Sequence record: KC295538 | DNA length: 64,000 nucleotides | From: Escherichia phage PBECO4 | Strand: one strand, 5' to 3' | Part shown: piece after piece, positions 19,647 through 28,877 of the stretch | Position numbering within the stretch: position 1 is the first letter of the stretch | How the letters are laid out: each line of letters begins with the position of its first letter | Program-made: the position numbers and the translations under genes | The notes under the pieces: model-generated | The model's input: only the letters and a program-made list of their open reading frames with translations | Database searches by the model: none | Told to the model about the DNA's origin: nothing

Positions 19647-19985
19647 TTACTTTTCAGGGATATTAGAACGCCATATATCAATGCGATGAACTAGTCCAAA
19701 GAACAACCATACTGGAACGGCAGCTATCATAACAACAAATGAAAACCCAGTCAAGACCGATACCAGATTTAATTCATCAGTACTATACCCACATATCAGT
19801 ACTTCTAATATTCCCCACGTACATGCACAAAACATCAAGAATGAAATTGGGGCATCATAGTAGATACGTTCATATAAAGTAGTGTATCGGAAGAATGCAA
19901 TAATGTAGCAAAACATATAATACACCCAAACCAAAGATACTACATAAAATGATACTTTGTTTATTAATTCAAAATATTGTTCCAT
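19647..19985 (-). CDS. small integral membrane protein (family M)
   Basis: Hydrophobic 112-aa ORF ending ..WRSNIPEK. Confidence 0.65.
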   Translation of the reverse strand: MEQYFELINKVSFYVVSLVWVYYMFCYIIAFFRYTTLYERIYYDAPISFLMFCACTWGILEVLICGYSTDELNLVSVLTGFSFVVMIAAVPVWLFFGLVHRIDIWRSNIPEK

Positions 19986-19987
19986 TT

Positions 19988-20269
19988 TTACCCCAATATA
20001 TATTCAGAGAGTAATGTATTAGCTTCATCTTTGTTCTTAAGGTAATACATGTAATATAGATTCGGTTCACCATCTTTAGCACTCAAATCGAAGTACTTTA
20101 AACTATGTACTTTCATAGTAAAAACAAATAATGACTTAAAACCAATCTCACCGTACTTAATAAACAGTTCATCCAAATGAATGTAACTTTTTGATTTGGA
20201 TAATTCTTTAACGTCTGCATCAATTTCAGATAAAAGATGCTTACCTATTAAGTTTTCAAATGAACGCAT
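19988..20269 (-). CDS. hypothetical protein (93 aa)
   Basis: Track ORF. Confidence 0.6.
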   Translation of the reverse strand: MRSFENLIGKHLLSEIDADVKELSKSKSYIHLDELFIKYGEIGFKSLFVFTMKVHSLKYFDLSAKDGEPNLYYMYYLKNKDEANTLLSEYILG

Positions 20270-20331
20270 GATTTTTATCCTTTACCGCAATTTTTATGGT
20301 TTATTAAGAATACACCAGAATATCAGTTCTG

Positions 20332-20973
20332 TCAATAAAAAACTGGATCTTCTTCAGTAATTGGTATTTCTCTACGTACATCACACGAAAGAGGATCAGT
20401 AATGAATACATTCCCATCTTTATCCATCATCACATTACTTGAATGAATGTCTGGTACAAAACGCCCGTGAAACTCTTTCATGATGTTAGCAGCGACCGTC
20501 GCAATAGCAATCTCTTCAGAATTTCCACGCATATCATTCACTGAAGTAGCGTACTGACCAGCATGTGCATAAGAATATAAATCTCCAATTTTAGTACTAA
20601 CAAAGTCATCATAATTATTTTTTTGTTTAATTATAGGATAGTACTTGTCCATCTCATACCATCCAAAGTTTCCTTGTTCGTTTGCACTGTAGATCACTGG
20701 AAGAAACTTGGTTCCTGCGTTTTCAATGCAGTACTTTGCATAAGCACGAAAACCATCCCAGCGTGAAGTGGTTACTTTAAATGCACGCCCAGGATAGTTT
20801 TTATGTTCAACTACTACAGAGTACATCCCCATTCCAAGCAAAGTAAGTCCAGCAGCTTTAACTTGTGGAAAGATTACGCGTTCAGCATAAGGAATATCAA
20901 ACTCCATCGCACAACGAGTTTTTGATGGACGCAAAATGTCAATTAAAGTTTTGAATATTTCTTGCTTAGTCAT
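20332..20973 (-). CDS. protein-kinase-like fold protein (start moved to ATG 20973 with GAGGA SD)
   Basis: C-terminal DIHSSNVMMDKDGNVFITDP resembles the HxDxxxxN...D catalytic motif of atypical kinases; track start 21006 overlaps the promoter -10. Confidence 0.55.
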   Translation of the reverse strand: MTKQEIFKTLIDILRPSKTRCAMEFDIPYAERVIFPQVKAAGLTLLGMGMYSVVVEHKNYPGRAFKVTTSRWDGFRAYAKYCIENAGTKFLPVIYSANEQGNFGWYEMDKYYPIIKQKNNYDDFVSTKIGDLYSYAHAGQYATSVNDMRGNSEEIAIATVAANIMKEFHGRFVPDIHSSNVMMDKDGNVFITDPLSCDVRREIPITEEDPVFY

Positions 20974-21001
20974 TACTTTATCCTCTGTAGTTAATATCAA
21001 C

Positions 21002-21034
21002 ATCATAACAAAAAAGGCTGACCGAAGTCAACCC
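21002..21034 (-). promoter_or_regulatory. terminator-promoter cassette (copy 4; -10 TATGAT)
   Basis: Hairpin ggctgaccgaagtcaacc 21016-21033; -35 TTGACT inside the stem. Confidence 0.6.
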
Positions 21035-21042
21035 TTTTATTA

Positions 21043-21279
21043 TCATTTACAGTTTTCTATAACTATTGCACGTTTTAGTATTTTACTTTCATAAACATAC
21101 TTAAGATGACCTTCTTCACGAATACGATTGAACACATATCCTAGTTTATCTTTTAGTACTGAAGCGGTATCAATGTCAAGATTAACTTCAACCCCTCCTG
21201 TTAATTTAACTTTATATGTAAAGCTAAAAGCATCACCAGATTCAACCAATGGGACTACTTGTTCATACGTATTCAACAT
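21043..21279 (-). CDS. hypothetical protein; may extend upstream to include a signal peptide
   Basis: In-frame upstream region to 21483 encodes KSIFLSIILVLFSFNVYA but has no ATG. Confidence 0.5.
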   Translation of the reverse strand: MLNTYEQVVPLVESGDAFSFTYKVKLTGGVEVNLDIDTASVLKDKLGYVFNRIREEGHLKYVYESKILKRAIVIENCK

Positions 21280-21580
21280 AACTCGTTCATCATTAACTAA
21301 ATTATATATTACTATATCACAAGTTTTTACCCCAATTTCCTCTAATGTAGGAGCATTATCTACTATAACATCTTTTACTGTATTTGCAACCTGTTTAGCA
21401 TCTGCTGCATATACATTAAAACTAAAAAGTACTAAAATAATACTTAAAAAAATACTTTTTCTATTATATATCCTTATTTTATTTTACATGTCATATCGGG
21501 TTGTGCTGGTTTATTATTTTTAAACGGATTAGGTTTTTTATTCTTTCTTTTTATCTTTTAAAGGTTTTTTGTCTTCTTTT

Positions 21581-21799
21581 TTATTCTTTATCTTTGTCTT
21601 TTTTATTTTTATCAGGTTCAGAGGGAGTATTACATTGTGCTGGGGGTTGATTAGTTGGAGTACAGCTATTGTCTGATGGGAGTATTACTTCTTTACAATT
21701 GTAAAATAGTAAACTTTTATTTGTGGTTAAATTATGAAAACGATAGTTACGTTCATTATTATAATAAATTGTTTTAGTACTTTCAATGTCATTGCACAT
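21581..21799 (-). CDS. hypothetical Cys-containing small protein (72 aa)
   Basis: Track ORF. Confidence 0.5.
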   Translation of the reverse strand: MCNDIESTKTIYYNNERNYRFHNLTTNKSLLFYNCKEVILPSDNSCTPTNQPPAQCNTPSEPDKNKKDKDKE

Positions 21800-21809
21800 T
21801 GCTACTGAA

Positions 21810-22061
21810 TCACCGGAACTCTTTTTCTATTCCCATTACATCAGTCTTACGCTCAGATAGTATACCTGAAGTATATGAATCTTTGTTGTCAAACGCATTA
21901 AATCCAATAGTTCTGTCGGTGTCGTGTATTATTCCTTTTGTGTATGAGGTAGTATAGAACTCCCCATTTCTGAAATCCTGCCTTGCTACTGAGCAATGAT
22001 AATCTGCACCATAAGCAGTACTGGAAAATAATACAATTCCAAATATAATATATTTTTTCAT
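21810..22061 (-). CDS. small secreted protein (signal peptide)
   Basis: MKKYIIFGIVLFSSTAYGADY... Confidence 0.65.
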   Translation of the reverse strand: MKKYIIFGIVLFSSTAYGADYHCSVARQDFRNGEFYTTSYTKGIIHDTDRTIGFNAFDNKDSYTSGILSERKTDVMGIEKEFR

Positions 22062-22090
22062 TGTAATCCCTCTTCTTAATTCCTCTTTTG

Positions 22091-22122
22091 TATTTACAAA
22101 AAAAGGCTGACCGAAGTCAACC
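22091..22122 (-). promoter_or_regulatory. terminator-promoter cassette (copy 5; weak -10)
   Basis: Hairpin 22105-22122 with TTGACT in stem. Confidence 0.5.
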
Positions 22123-22132
22123 TTTTAAATGT

Positions 22133-23644
22133 TTATTTTTTATCCTTTCCAACACCACTGTCGTACTCTTTGAATGAGTTATCAAGTGTAGTTAGTGCAT
22201 ACTCATATGCTTCTGGTGATTCAATGTCAACATCATCTGCACCATTTACTAAATCAGCCCACGCCTTTTGAAGTTTACGAGCATTGTTACCAACATTATC
22301 TTTAATCCAACTAATGTTTTTGTTGATACTTTTACGATCAGCACCTGCTTTTTTGCCAATCTCGGATATCCACATCATTAGCTTTTGAAGTTCATGAATT
22401 GATTTATCGGTCATTTCAAGATGTTCTTCTTCCATACCTTCGGAATCAGATGAACCAACGTCAATTCCATGTTTAGCTAATAGTTTACCAAGTTCAAAGA
22501 ATGCAGCTTCAGCAGGGAAGTCATAACCTTTCTCTTTGTAGTTATTCCATGCACTATCAAACTCGTCAACAAAACGGTTAGCATAATCTGGATTTTTAAC
22601 TAATGCTTTATATACTGCAATTGCATGTTCAAAACCTTCTTTATCTGACCCAAACTCTTCCATCTCAGGACGATGAATGTATCCATCCATATCAACGGTA
22701 TCAGGTAGTTCTTCTTGCTCAGGCTCAACATCTTTCTGTTCAACTGCACCCTCTTCATCTGCACGCTTTAGATAACCATCTGGTGTTACCTTCTCACCAT
22801 GTTCTGCTTCATACTTTTTCATAGTGTTGAATGCAGCATCCATAGCTGTTACGAAGCGACTTTTCTCACCTTGTACATAAGATTTAAGTGCACTGTTAAC
22901 TGCATCTGATACGAGCTTAACCTTATCGTCTTTACCTTCTAAACGGTTTTCAAGTTTAGCCAGTACATTCTTGACTTGCTGGGCATTAGCACGGTCCGCT
23001 TTACCAATATTATCAAAAGTTTTAAGAATACCATCAAGACTTGCTTCACCCTGTTCAGGTTCTTTGGAATCTTCTTTGTGTGTACCTTCAAGTGCACGCA
23101 TGATAGTACTGAATACTTCAGTTGGTTCAGTGCTCTTATTACCTTTCATTACATCAAGTACAGCTTGTGCTTTACCTTTGAGTTCTTCTTTAGGAACTGC
23201 CTGTAGTGCTTTGACAATACCCTGAATCAACTGTGGTTTGTTAGCAAAGATCTTACCTAAGTTATCTGATAACTCTTTAACAGGGTTAGCAGCTTTAGGT
23301 ACTTCTGCTTTTGGTTCTTCTTTAGGAACTGCTTGTTCTTTCTCAGCACGTTCCATATCAGCTAGGCGTTGTTTTTGTGTAGCATTAAGAAGTCCCAATG
23401 AATTAACATAACGTAGCTTTTCTAGCTCAGTCATGTTCTCAGTACTCTTAACTTCACCTGCTTCTGCGTTTGCTTTACCAGCTAGACCAGTTCCTTGGTT
23501 ACGTGACCCACGTGAACCTTGACCTGCTTGATAACTATTTGGACGGCGGTTGCGTTCACTCCATTTATCAGAGTGACCAGCCATGTTACCACCATTTTTA
23601 TCAGTAAAATTACTTGGCATTTGATTTCTCTCCATAGATTTCAT
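22133..23644 (-). CDS. large charged (K/E-rich) protein, 503 aa, unknown function
   Basis: Track ORF; low-complexity charged composition; shares a short motif with neighbouring 127-aa ORF. Confidence 0.7.
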   Translation of the reverse strand: MKSMERNQMPSNFTDKNGGNMAGHSDKWSERNRRPNSYQAGQGSRGSRNQGTGLAGKANAEAGEVKSTENMTELEKLRYVNSLGLLNATQKQRLADMERAEKEQAVPKEEPKAEVPKAANPVKELSDNLGKIFANKPQLIQGIVKALQAVPKEELKGKAQAVLDVMKGNKSTEPTEVFSTIMRALEGTHKEDSKEPEQGEASLDGILKTFDNIGKADRANAQQVKNVLAKLENRLEGKDDKVKLVSDAVNSALKSYVQGEKSRFVTAMDAAFNTMKKYEAEHGEKVTPDGYLKRADEEGAVEQKDVEPEQEELPDTVDMDGYIHRPEMEEFGSDKEGFEHAIAVYKALVKNPDYANRFVDEFDSAWNNYKEKGYDFPAEAAFFELGKLLAKHGIDVGSSDSEGMEEEHLEMTDKSIHELQKLMMWISEIGKKAGADRKSINKNISWIKDNVGNNARKLQKAWADLVNGADDVDIESPEAYEYALTTLDNSFKEYDSGVGKDKK

Positions 23645-23668
23645 TTTTTTCTCTATGTCTATATTTAT

Positions 23669-23699
23669 AGTATAAAGAAAAGGCTGACCGAAGTCAACC
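23669..23699 (-). promoter_or_regulatory. terminator-promoter cassette (copy 6; TTGACT-17-TATACT)
   Basis: Hairpin 23682-23699; -10 at 23674-23669. Confidence 0.65.
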
Positions 23700-23707
23700 T
23701 TATTTTG

Positions 23708-23821
23708 TTACTTAGATTGTTCTTGTGCAGGTGGATTTACTTTTTGATCCACTACATAGAATACACCACCAACCAGTACTGCGGCGATGAGTGCAGCAAC
23801 TACAAATTTTAAACCTTGCAT
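23708..23821 (-). CDS. possible small membrane protein (37 aa)
   Basis: ATG with GAGG SD; MQGLKFVVAALIAAVLVGGVFYVV...; below track size cut-off. Confidence 0.4.
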   Translation of the reverse strand: MQGLKFVVAALIAAVLVGGVFYVVDQKVNPPAQEQSK

Positions 23822-23850
23822 ATATGATACCTCAGTTATATTGAGAAGTT

Positions 23851-23883
23851 ATGATACAACAAAGGGCTGACCTTAGTCAACCC
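23851..23883 (-). promoter_or_regulatory. terminator-promoter cassette (copy 7; variant loop CTTA)
   Basis: gggctgaccttagtcaaccc 23864-23883. Confidence 0.55.
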
Positions 23884-23889
23884 TTTTTA

Positions 23890-24273
23890 TTACTTCTTGA
23901 ACTTATGTTTTTCACTTTCGATTGCATTCACGATTTCATCATGAATTTTACGAAGATTGTGAGTTTTCTTGAGAGAATCATGCAATGCACGGAATGCAGA
24001 GTGTACAGTTGCTTTAAAGTGCTCTTTAGGAGTTACTTTAAGTTTCTCGATAATATCACGTACATAGATTGGGTGATCCTCAAACACACGATTAAGCTCA
24101 TGACCTAGTGATTCTAGGCTAAATGCTTTTTCACGGGATGGACGATCATGTGCAAGACTTTGGTCTGGTTTTAGAAGACCTAGTGAATCTAGATACTTGT
24201 GCTTATGTGCATTGTCTAGACCAGAAATATCAACATCATGTGATGGATCTTTCTTATTCCATTTATCAACCAT
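23890..24273 (-). CDS. hypothetical basic protein (127 aa)
   Basis: Track ORF; contains YLDSLGLLKPDQ. Confidence 0.65.
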   Translation of the reverse strand: MVDKWNKKDPSHDVDISGLDNAHKHKYLDSLGLLKPDQSLAHDRPSREKAFSLESLGHELNRVFEDHPIYVRDIIEKLKVTPKEHFKATVHSAFRALHDSLKKTHNLRKIHDEIVNAIESEKHKFKK

Positions 24274-24388
24274 TTTTATAACTCCTATAAGAGATAAATT
24301 TTACTATAATATTTATAGTTCCGTTGTCATTTATATCGAATGACATAAAACATTATATCATAATAAGAATGGTTGTCCCAAAGTTAAA

Positions 24389-24862
24389 TTAGTACTGACC
24401 AAGTTCAGATGTAAAAATAAATGCATCCATGTCTTCCAACGTAAGTTTTAAGTCTGGTACATACTTAAGAATAACGCACTCTGGCTTCTTAATAGCAGCT
24501 TGATAAGCAGCAATGGCAAGGGATTCCAATTGCTGTGCTGTATAATTTTTACGTTCTGCATTAAAAACTTTGTTTTTGATATCACCACCTGGGAGTTTTT
24601 CAAACTCACGCATAACTGCGGTAAGAACATCGTCAGCAGTGTTACTATATACCCATTGGGGTAATTGCATTACATTATAAATCACACCACTATCATCCAT
24701 CAAAGAGATCCATTTGTACCCATCACTAGCACTGAACAAACGCCCTTTTAGTACTGTGTTATTAGTTAAATTTACAAATGCAAAAATATCTTGTTCGTTA
24801 AGTTCAATACTATTAACATTTACCCAACTCATTACGATTCCCCATTCATAAATCACGAACAA
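24389..24862 (-). CDS. hypothetical protein (157 aa)
   Basis: Track ORF. Confidence 0.65.
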   Translation of the reverse strand: MFVIYEWGIVMSWVNVNSIELNEQDIFAFVNLTNNTVLKGRLFSASDGYKWISLMDDSGVIYNVMQLPQWVYSNTADDVLTAVMREFEKLPGGDIKNKVFNAERKNYTAQQLESLAIAAYQAAIKKPECVILKYVPDLKLTLEDMDAFIFTSELGQY

Positions 24863-25442
24863 TATTCATTAAACACAATTTAGGTTTTATAGCATTCAAC
24901 ACCCATATGCATTCTTTGTAAGTAGCTATTATATCATCTAAATGCTCAGTTACAATGCTTTCTTGAAAATATTCTTCATCATTGAGCTTTGCTAATTTAG
25001 TAACATCACACGTAGGCACTATAGGTCTGGATTGTACACCCATTCCATTATTGATATTAGTGAAATGTACAAAATGGTACTTCACTACACCTTTATCTAG
25101 ATTTATTATACATGACAAATTTTCCAACTCAGTTAGTTTTTTATTACAAGTAACATTAATGAAACCAGCATTATAGGCTCTATAATCATCTACTGATATC
25201 TCAAAATCATTACGTTCAAATATAAGTGAAATGAGTTGGTCCAGTGGTTTGACATTCATATATTTTAATGAATTTACGTATGATACTTCAATCTTAGATG
25301 AAATTATCTTTTTACTAAGTGCAGTTAAATCTTTGTTAGATTTAACTGTTAAAACAATAGGTTTAAACCTAGAACTTTTGTTCTTTTTTGATACTTTAAA
25401 ACGACCTTTACGATTCATAATTTCCTCAATTAATAATTTCAC
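24846..25442 (-). CDS. hypothetical protein (198 aa)
   Basis: Track ORF. Confidence 0.65.
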   Translation of the reverse strand: MKLLIEEIMNRKGRFKVSKKNKSSRFKPIVLTVKSNKDLTALSKKIISSKIEVSYVNSLKYMNVKPLDQLISLIFERNDFEISVDDYRAYNAGFINVTCNKKLTELENLSCIINLDKGVVKYHFVHFTNINNGMGVQSRPIVPTCDVTKLAKLNDEEYFQESIVTEHLDDIIATYKECIWVLNAIKPKLCLMNIVRDL

Positions 25443-25647
25443 ATTTAACGTGTGGTTTATATAGCATAATTAACCCATTTTTAAGTACAATGATTGTTGC
25501 TCTGTTAGTAATCGAAACGTTTTTAATTATACTTTTTTTATATGTTTCAACATATTTCTCTTCATAATTTATACATTTAACATATTCTTTTTGTTTAGCA
25601 CTTACAACAGTACTGAATAATATCAGTACAAGTACTATATATTTCAT
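25426..25647 (-). CDS. small secreted protein (signal peptide)
   Basis: MKYIVLVLILFSTVVSAKQ... Confidence 0.6.
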   Translation of the reverse strand: MKYIVLVLILFSTVVSAKQKEYVKCINYEEKYVETYKKSIIKNVSITNRATIIVLKNGLIMLYKPHVKCEIIN

Positions 25648-25699
25648 TACTATACCTTATAAACAAAAAGGAATTCATTTAAGAATTCCTATTTTACAA

Positions 25700-25993
25700 T
25701 CATTTATCTAACATACCATTGTGCAAACGTTCATATACTTCAGTTCGACGCAAATTAACAATATCTTCTGCGTATTTTAATGTAAATGCCCATGCTTTTG
25801 GATGTACGTTAAGCTTCATACGAATTCGATTTTTCATCAACTCTCCACTTAAACGAATAAATTCGTGTACACCACGACTACCGTATTCAGTAATTAAATC
25901 ATTAATGTACATATCACGAAGAGTTTCATCTGCACATTCTTTAACCATTTCTACGTCAGCGACGATGCTTTCATTAACTGAAGTACTGATCAT
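25700..25993 (-). CDS. hypothetical protein (97 aa)
   Basis: Track ORF. Confidence 0.6.
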   Translation of the reverse strand: MISTSVNESIVADVEMVKECADETLRDMYINDLITEYGSRGVHEFIRLSGELMKNRIRMKLNVHPKAWAFTLKYAEDIVNLRRTEVYERLHNGMLDK

Positions 25994-26005
25994 TTTTAAT
26001 TTACC

Positions 26006-26272
26006 TTATTTAAATTCGACTGTAATTTTATCACCTTCAACTACGAACTTACAGTTGTAGCGACGTGCCATATCCATGTACATATGCTCAGAGTACCAAG
26101 GAACATCAATAATCGGATGCTCTGCATATTGTAAAACTTCACGGTCGCCCACTGTAGTAATGATGAAAGGAATGTTCATCTCTCGTAAAAACAGTTCAGC
26201 ACCAGGAGAACGATTAATAAATTCAGTATCATTACGTAAAGTAAATCCATTATATTGTAATTTAAGCTTCAT
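26006..26272 (-). CDS. hypothetical protein (88 aa)
   Basis: Track ORF. Confidence 0.6.
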   Translation of the reverse strand: MKLKLQYNGFTLRNDTEFINRSPGAELFLREMNIPFIITTVGDREVLQYAEHPIIDVPWYSEHMYMDMARRYNCKFVVEGDKITVEFK

Positions 26273-26286
26273 ATGTTATCCTCTAT

Positions 26287-26631
26287 TCAATACCATTCTT
26301 TAAAACCATTAAGTTCGGCTACGTGAGTGATTATAACACATATAACATTCAGGTCAAGTATAATTTGATCATAATTTAATTTTATACGATCATCATTATA
26401 TGCTCTAAAAACTACATCGTAATCAAAGAAATTTGCGTTTTCATCATTCATTGAAACGATTCGGTATCTACGTCTTCCATCTGTATTGAATATAGTTAAA
26501 CACTGTTGAAACTTTCTCATTAACTGTTTAGATAGGATATTATAATATTCAATATCTTTTTGTGAATTACGTGGGTCATCAGGAAGATAGAATGAAACAA
26601 ATTTCTTTAATTCTATTTGAGTTTTATCCAT
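26287..26631 (-). CDS. hypothetical protein (114 aa)
   Basis: Track ORF. Confidence 0.6.
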   Translation of the reverse strand: MDKTQIELKKFVSFYLPDDPRNSQKDIEYYNILSKQLMRKFQQCLTIFNTDGRRRYRIVSMNDENANFFDYDVVFRAYNDDRIKLNYDQIILDLNVICVIITHVAELNGFKEWY

Positions 26632-27064
26632 ATATTACCTCATTTGTTTCTCTTTTACTTTGTCGGAACTCATCCTTTGCTTCCTTAACTGACATGATAC
26701 GAACTAATTTAGCACTACCGCAATAGTACTGAACCTGATTACGACCAATGTCTACATGGTGGTCTGGAACTTCATATACAGATATAGCAAACCCAGCACG
26801 ATGCAATTTACCTAAGTCCATAGTGAAGAATCTGAACAAATCTTTCAAACTTTGACAGCCAAATACCCATCCACTTTTGATTGAATAAATCCCATCCTCA
26901 GTTGGTTCAGGTTGGAATTGAGAAGGTGTAGTCATGAGCAAACGGTCAAATCCATTTTTAGTACTGTATCTGGTTGAATACCGTGCAAACGGACCTACAG
27001 TTCGTGCAGGATCTAAGTTAGGTTCAATGTAACTAAATTTAAGTTCAAAACGATATACATACAT
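26624..27064 (-). CDS. hypothetical protein (146 aa)
   Basis: Track ORF, AGAGGA SD, downstream of cassette promoter. Confidence 0.65.
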   Translation of the reverse strand: MYVYRFELKFSYIEPNLDPARTVGPFARYSTRYSTKNGFDRLLMTTPSQFQPEPTEDGIYSIKSGWVFGCQSLKDLFRFFTMDLGKLHRAGFAISVYEVPDHHVDIGRNQVQYYCGSAKLVRIMSVKEAKDEFRQSKRETNEVIYG

Positions 27065-27092
27065 AATTAAAATCCTCTAATTTATTAAGAGA

Positions 27093-27124
27093 ATTATAAC
27101 AAAAAAGGCTGACCGAAGTCAACC
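27093..27124 (-). promoter_or_regulatory. terminator-promoter cassette (copy 8; TTGACT-18-TATAAT)
   Basis: Hairpin 27107-27124; -10 at 27098-27093. Confidence 0.7.
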
Positions 27125-27364
27125 TTTGTTTTGAAGTTCTTGAACTAATTGTCGTACTTCGTTAATATTTTTACACTGCTTTACAGTGAAGTAATCATAC
27201 TTACGACCATAGGTTCTTGGGTCATCACCTTCCATATACTGCTGCACATCAAAGATTTGTAAGTAGGGATGCTGCATAACACGAATATTATCACTTTGAT
27301 AAATCAACATAATATCAATCCTTATATTTACACAAGCCACCAAAACTAGTTTCTTTAGCACCAC
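27119..27364 (-). CDS. hypothetical protein (81 aa)
   Basis: Track ORF; stop lies inside cassette hairpin. Confidence 0.55.
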   Translation of the reverse strand: MVLKKLVLVACVNIRIDIMLIYQSDNIRVMQHPYLQIFDVQQYMEGDDPRTYGRKYDYFTVKQCKNINEVRQLVQELQNKG

Positions 27365-27665
27365 GACGCATCATAACTAATTTAGCATATTGTGTGCCAT
27401 TACTATCTTCATATACATCTACTTCAATAAACGCTAAGAAGTTAGGGTCTGTGTCGTTAGAAAACTCAGTGAAGCTAATGTCGCCTACTGTATGCTCTTT
27501 AACAAACGTATATGATTGTCCATCAATATATACAATATCTCGATCGTCACTATCACCTTGATAGATATGTTTAATATTACCATCTGTACAAACTAAACCT
27601 TCCAATGGTTCAGCATATGACAATCCACACATTAACATACATACAAAAAATAAAATAATTTTCAT
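27315..27665 (-). CDS. small secreted protein (signal peptide)
   Basis: MKIILFFVCMLMCGLSYAEP... Confidence 0.6.
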   Translation of the reverse strand: MKIILFFVCMLMCGLSYAEPLEGLVCTDGNIKHIYQGDSDDRDIVYIDGQSYTFVKEHTVGDISFTEFSNDTDPNFLAFIEVDVYEDSNGTQYAKLVMMRRGAKETSFGGLCKYKD

Positions 27666-27667
27666 GA

Positions 27668-28045
27668 TTATTTTCCTCCAACGTTAAGTGATTTCTTGTA
27701 CTGATATTCTTTATAAGTACTATACCATATATCACCAACGTAAATCAAGTACCACGTAGCAGGATAAAGAGCCAATCCAGTACTGATGTATACGAACTTT
27801 TGGTCAAGGACATCAAATACATACAGAAGGAAAGTTACTCCCATAATGCAAGAACAAATTAACCACAAGTTATAAGCAATCGAATCGCAAGCAAAAATAG
27901 AATCAAGCTTAGAAATTAGGACATATTTGTTTGTTAAAATGAAATGAATTACTGCAACTAAACAATATCCTGCCATAAAAATAGAAATTAAAAAAGACAG
28001 AATAATTGGAATATTCAACAACAAAAGTAAAATAGTGTTTACCAT
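27668..28045 (-). CDS. small integral membrane protein
   Basis: 125-aa hydrophobic ORF. Confidence 0.6.
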   Translation of the reverse strand: MVNTILLLLLNIPIILSFLISIFMAGYCLVAVIHFILTNKYVLISKLDSIFACDSIAYNLWLICSCIMGVTFLLYVFDVLDQKFVYISTGLALYPATWYLIYVGDIWYSTYKEYQYKKSLNVGGK

Positions 28046-28055
28046 TTTTTAAGTC

Positions 28056-28415
28056 CTATATTTCACAGTGTAAGTTCAATTTATCTATATCTAGGTCACG
28101 GCGTACCGATGAGTCCAAGTAAATTACTATATAGATATCACCATTACCAGTTCTTGGGTCTACAATTAATATTACGTTTGCTAATGTACCAGAATCATCT
28201 CTATAAGTCGAGATTTTTTTATTACCGATAATACTTTCTACTTTAAAACGATAAATCACACCATCAACAACTATATTTTTACCATTTCTAGGGTCGTTAG
28301 TCAATACATGCCACGTTCCCTTAGTACTACGACAATATGTTTCTGCTGCTGCACCATAACTAAAACATGAAAATAATGCACACACAAGTGCTATTAATTT
28401 TATATAACTCTTCAT
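28056..28415 (-). CDS. small secreted protein (signal peptide)
   Basis: MKSYIKLIALVCALFSCFSYGAAAE... Confidence 0.6.
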   Translation of the reverse strand: MKSYIKLIALVCALFSCFSYGAAAETYCRSTKGTWHVLTNDPRNGKNIVVDGVIYRFKVESIIGNKKISTYRDDSGTLANVILIVDPRTGNGDIYIVIYLDSSVRRDLDIDKLNLHCEI

Positions 28416-28493
28416 AACAAACCTCTAACGAGAAATACTTCTGTACTATATATATGTACAGAAGTATTTAATACTATAGAGATATTTTCACTG

Positions 28494-28820
28494 TTACATC
28501 TTATTCGTGAACTTGAATTTGATAATATCAATCCAAATTTTAACATTTCCTGCAAATAGTGCTTTGATTAGCCACATAATTGCAACAAAGTTCTCAACTA
28601 AATCCAAAGTTTTAACTACTGCACCGAGTGGGAAGATAAAACTCAAAACCCATACAATTACTGAAACCACAACGACTGCATAGAAAATACGCACAATCGG
28701 TGAATCAAGCATAAACAACTCAGAGAACTCTTTTTTATCATTATCATCAGTAATAAAGCATTCGTAAACCAGAAGCCAAATCAGAATTAAAGACGGAATT
28801 GAAATTAGTACTGATAGCAT
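28494..28820 (-). CDS. small integral membrane protein
   Basis: 108-aa hydrophobic ORF. Confidence 0.6.
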   Translation of the reverse strand: MLSVLISIPSLILIWLLVYECFITDDNDKKEFSELFMLDSPIVRIFYAVVVVSVIVWVLSFIFPLGAVVKTLDLVENFVAIMWLIKALFAGNVKIWIDIIKFKFTNKM

Positions 28821-28877
28821 ATTTTTTACCTCAAGTTTAAGTGTTAAGTTTCAGACTACAGGAACCATTATACAGTA

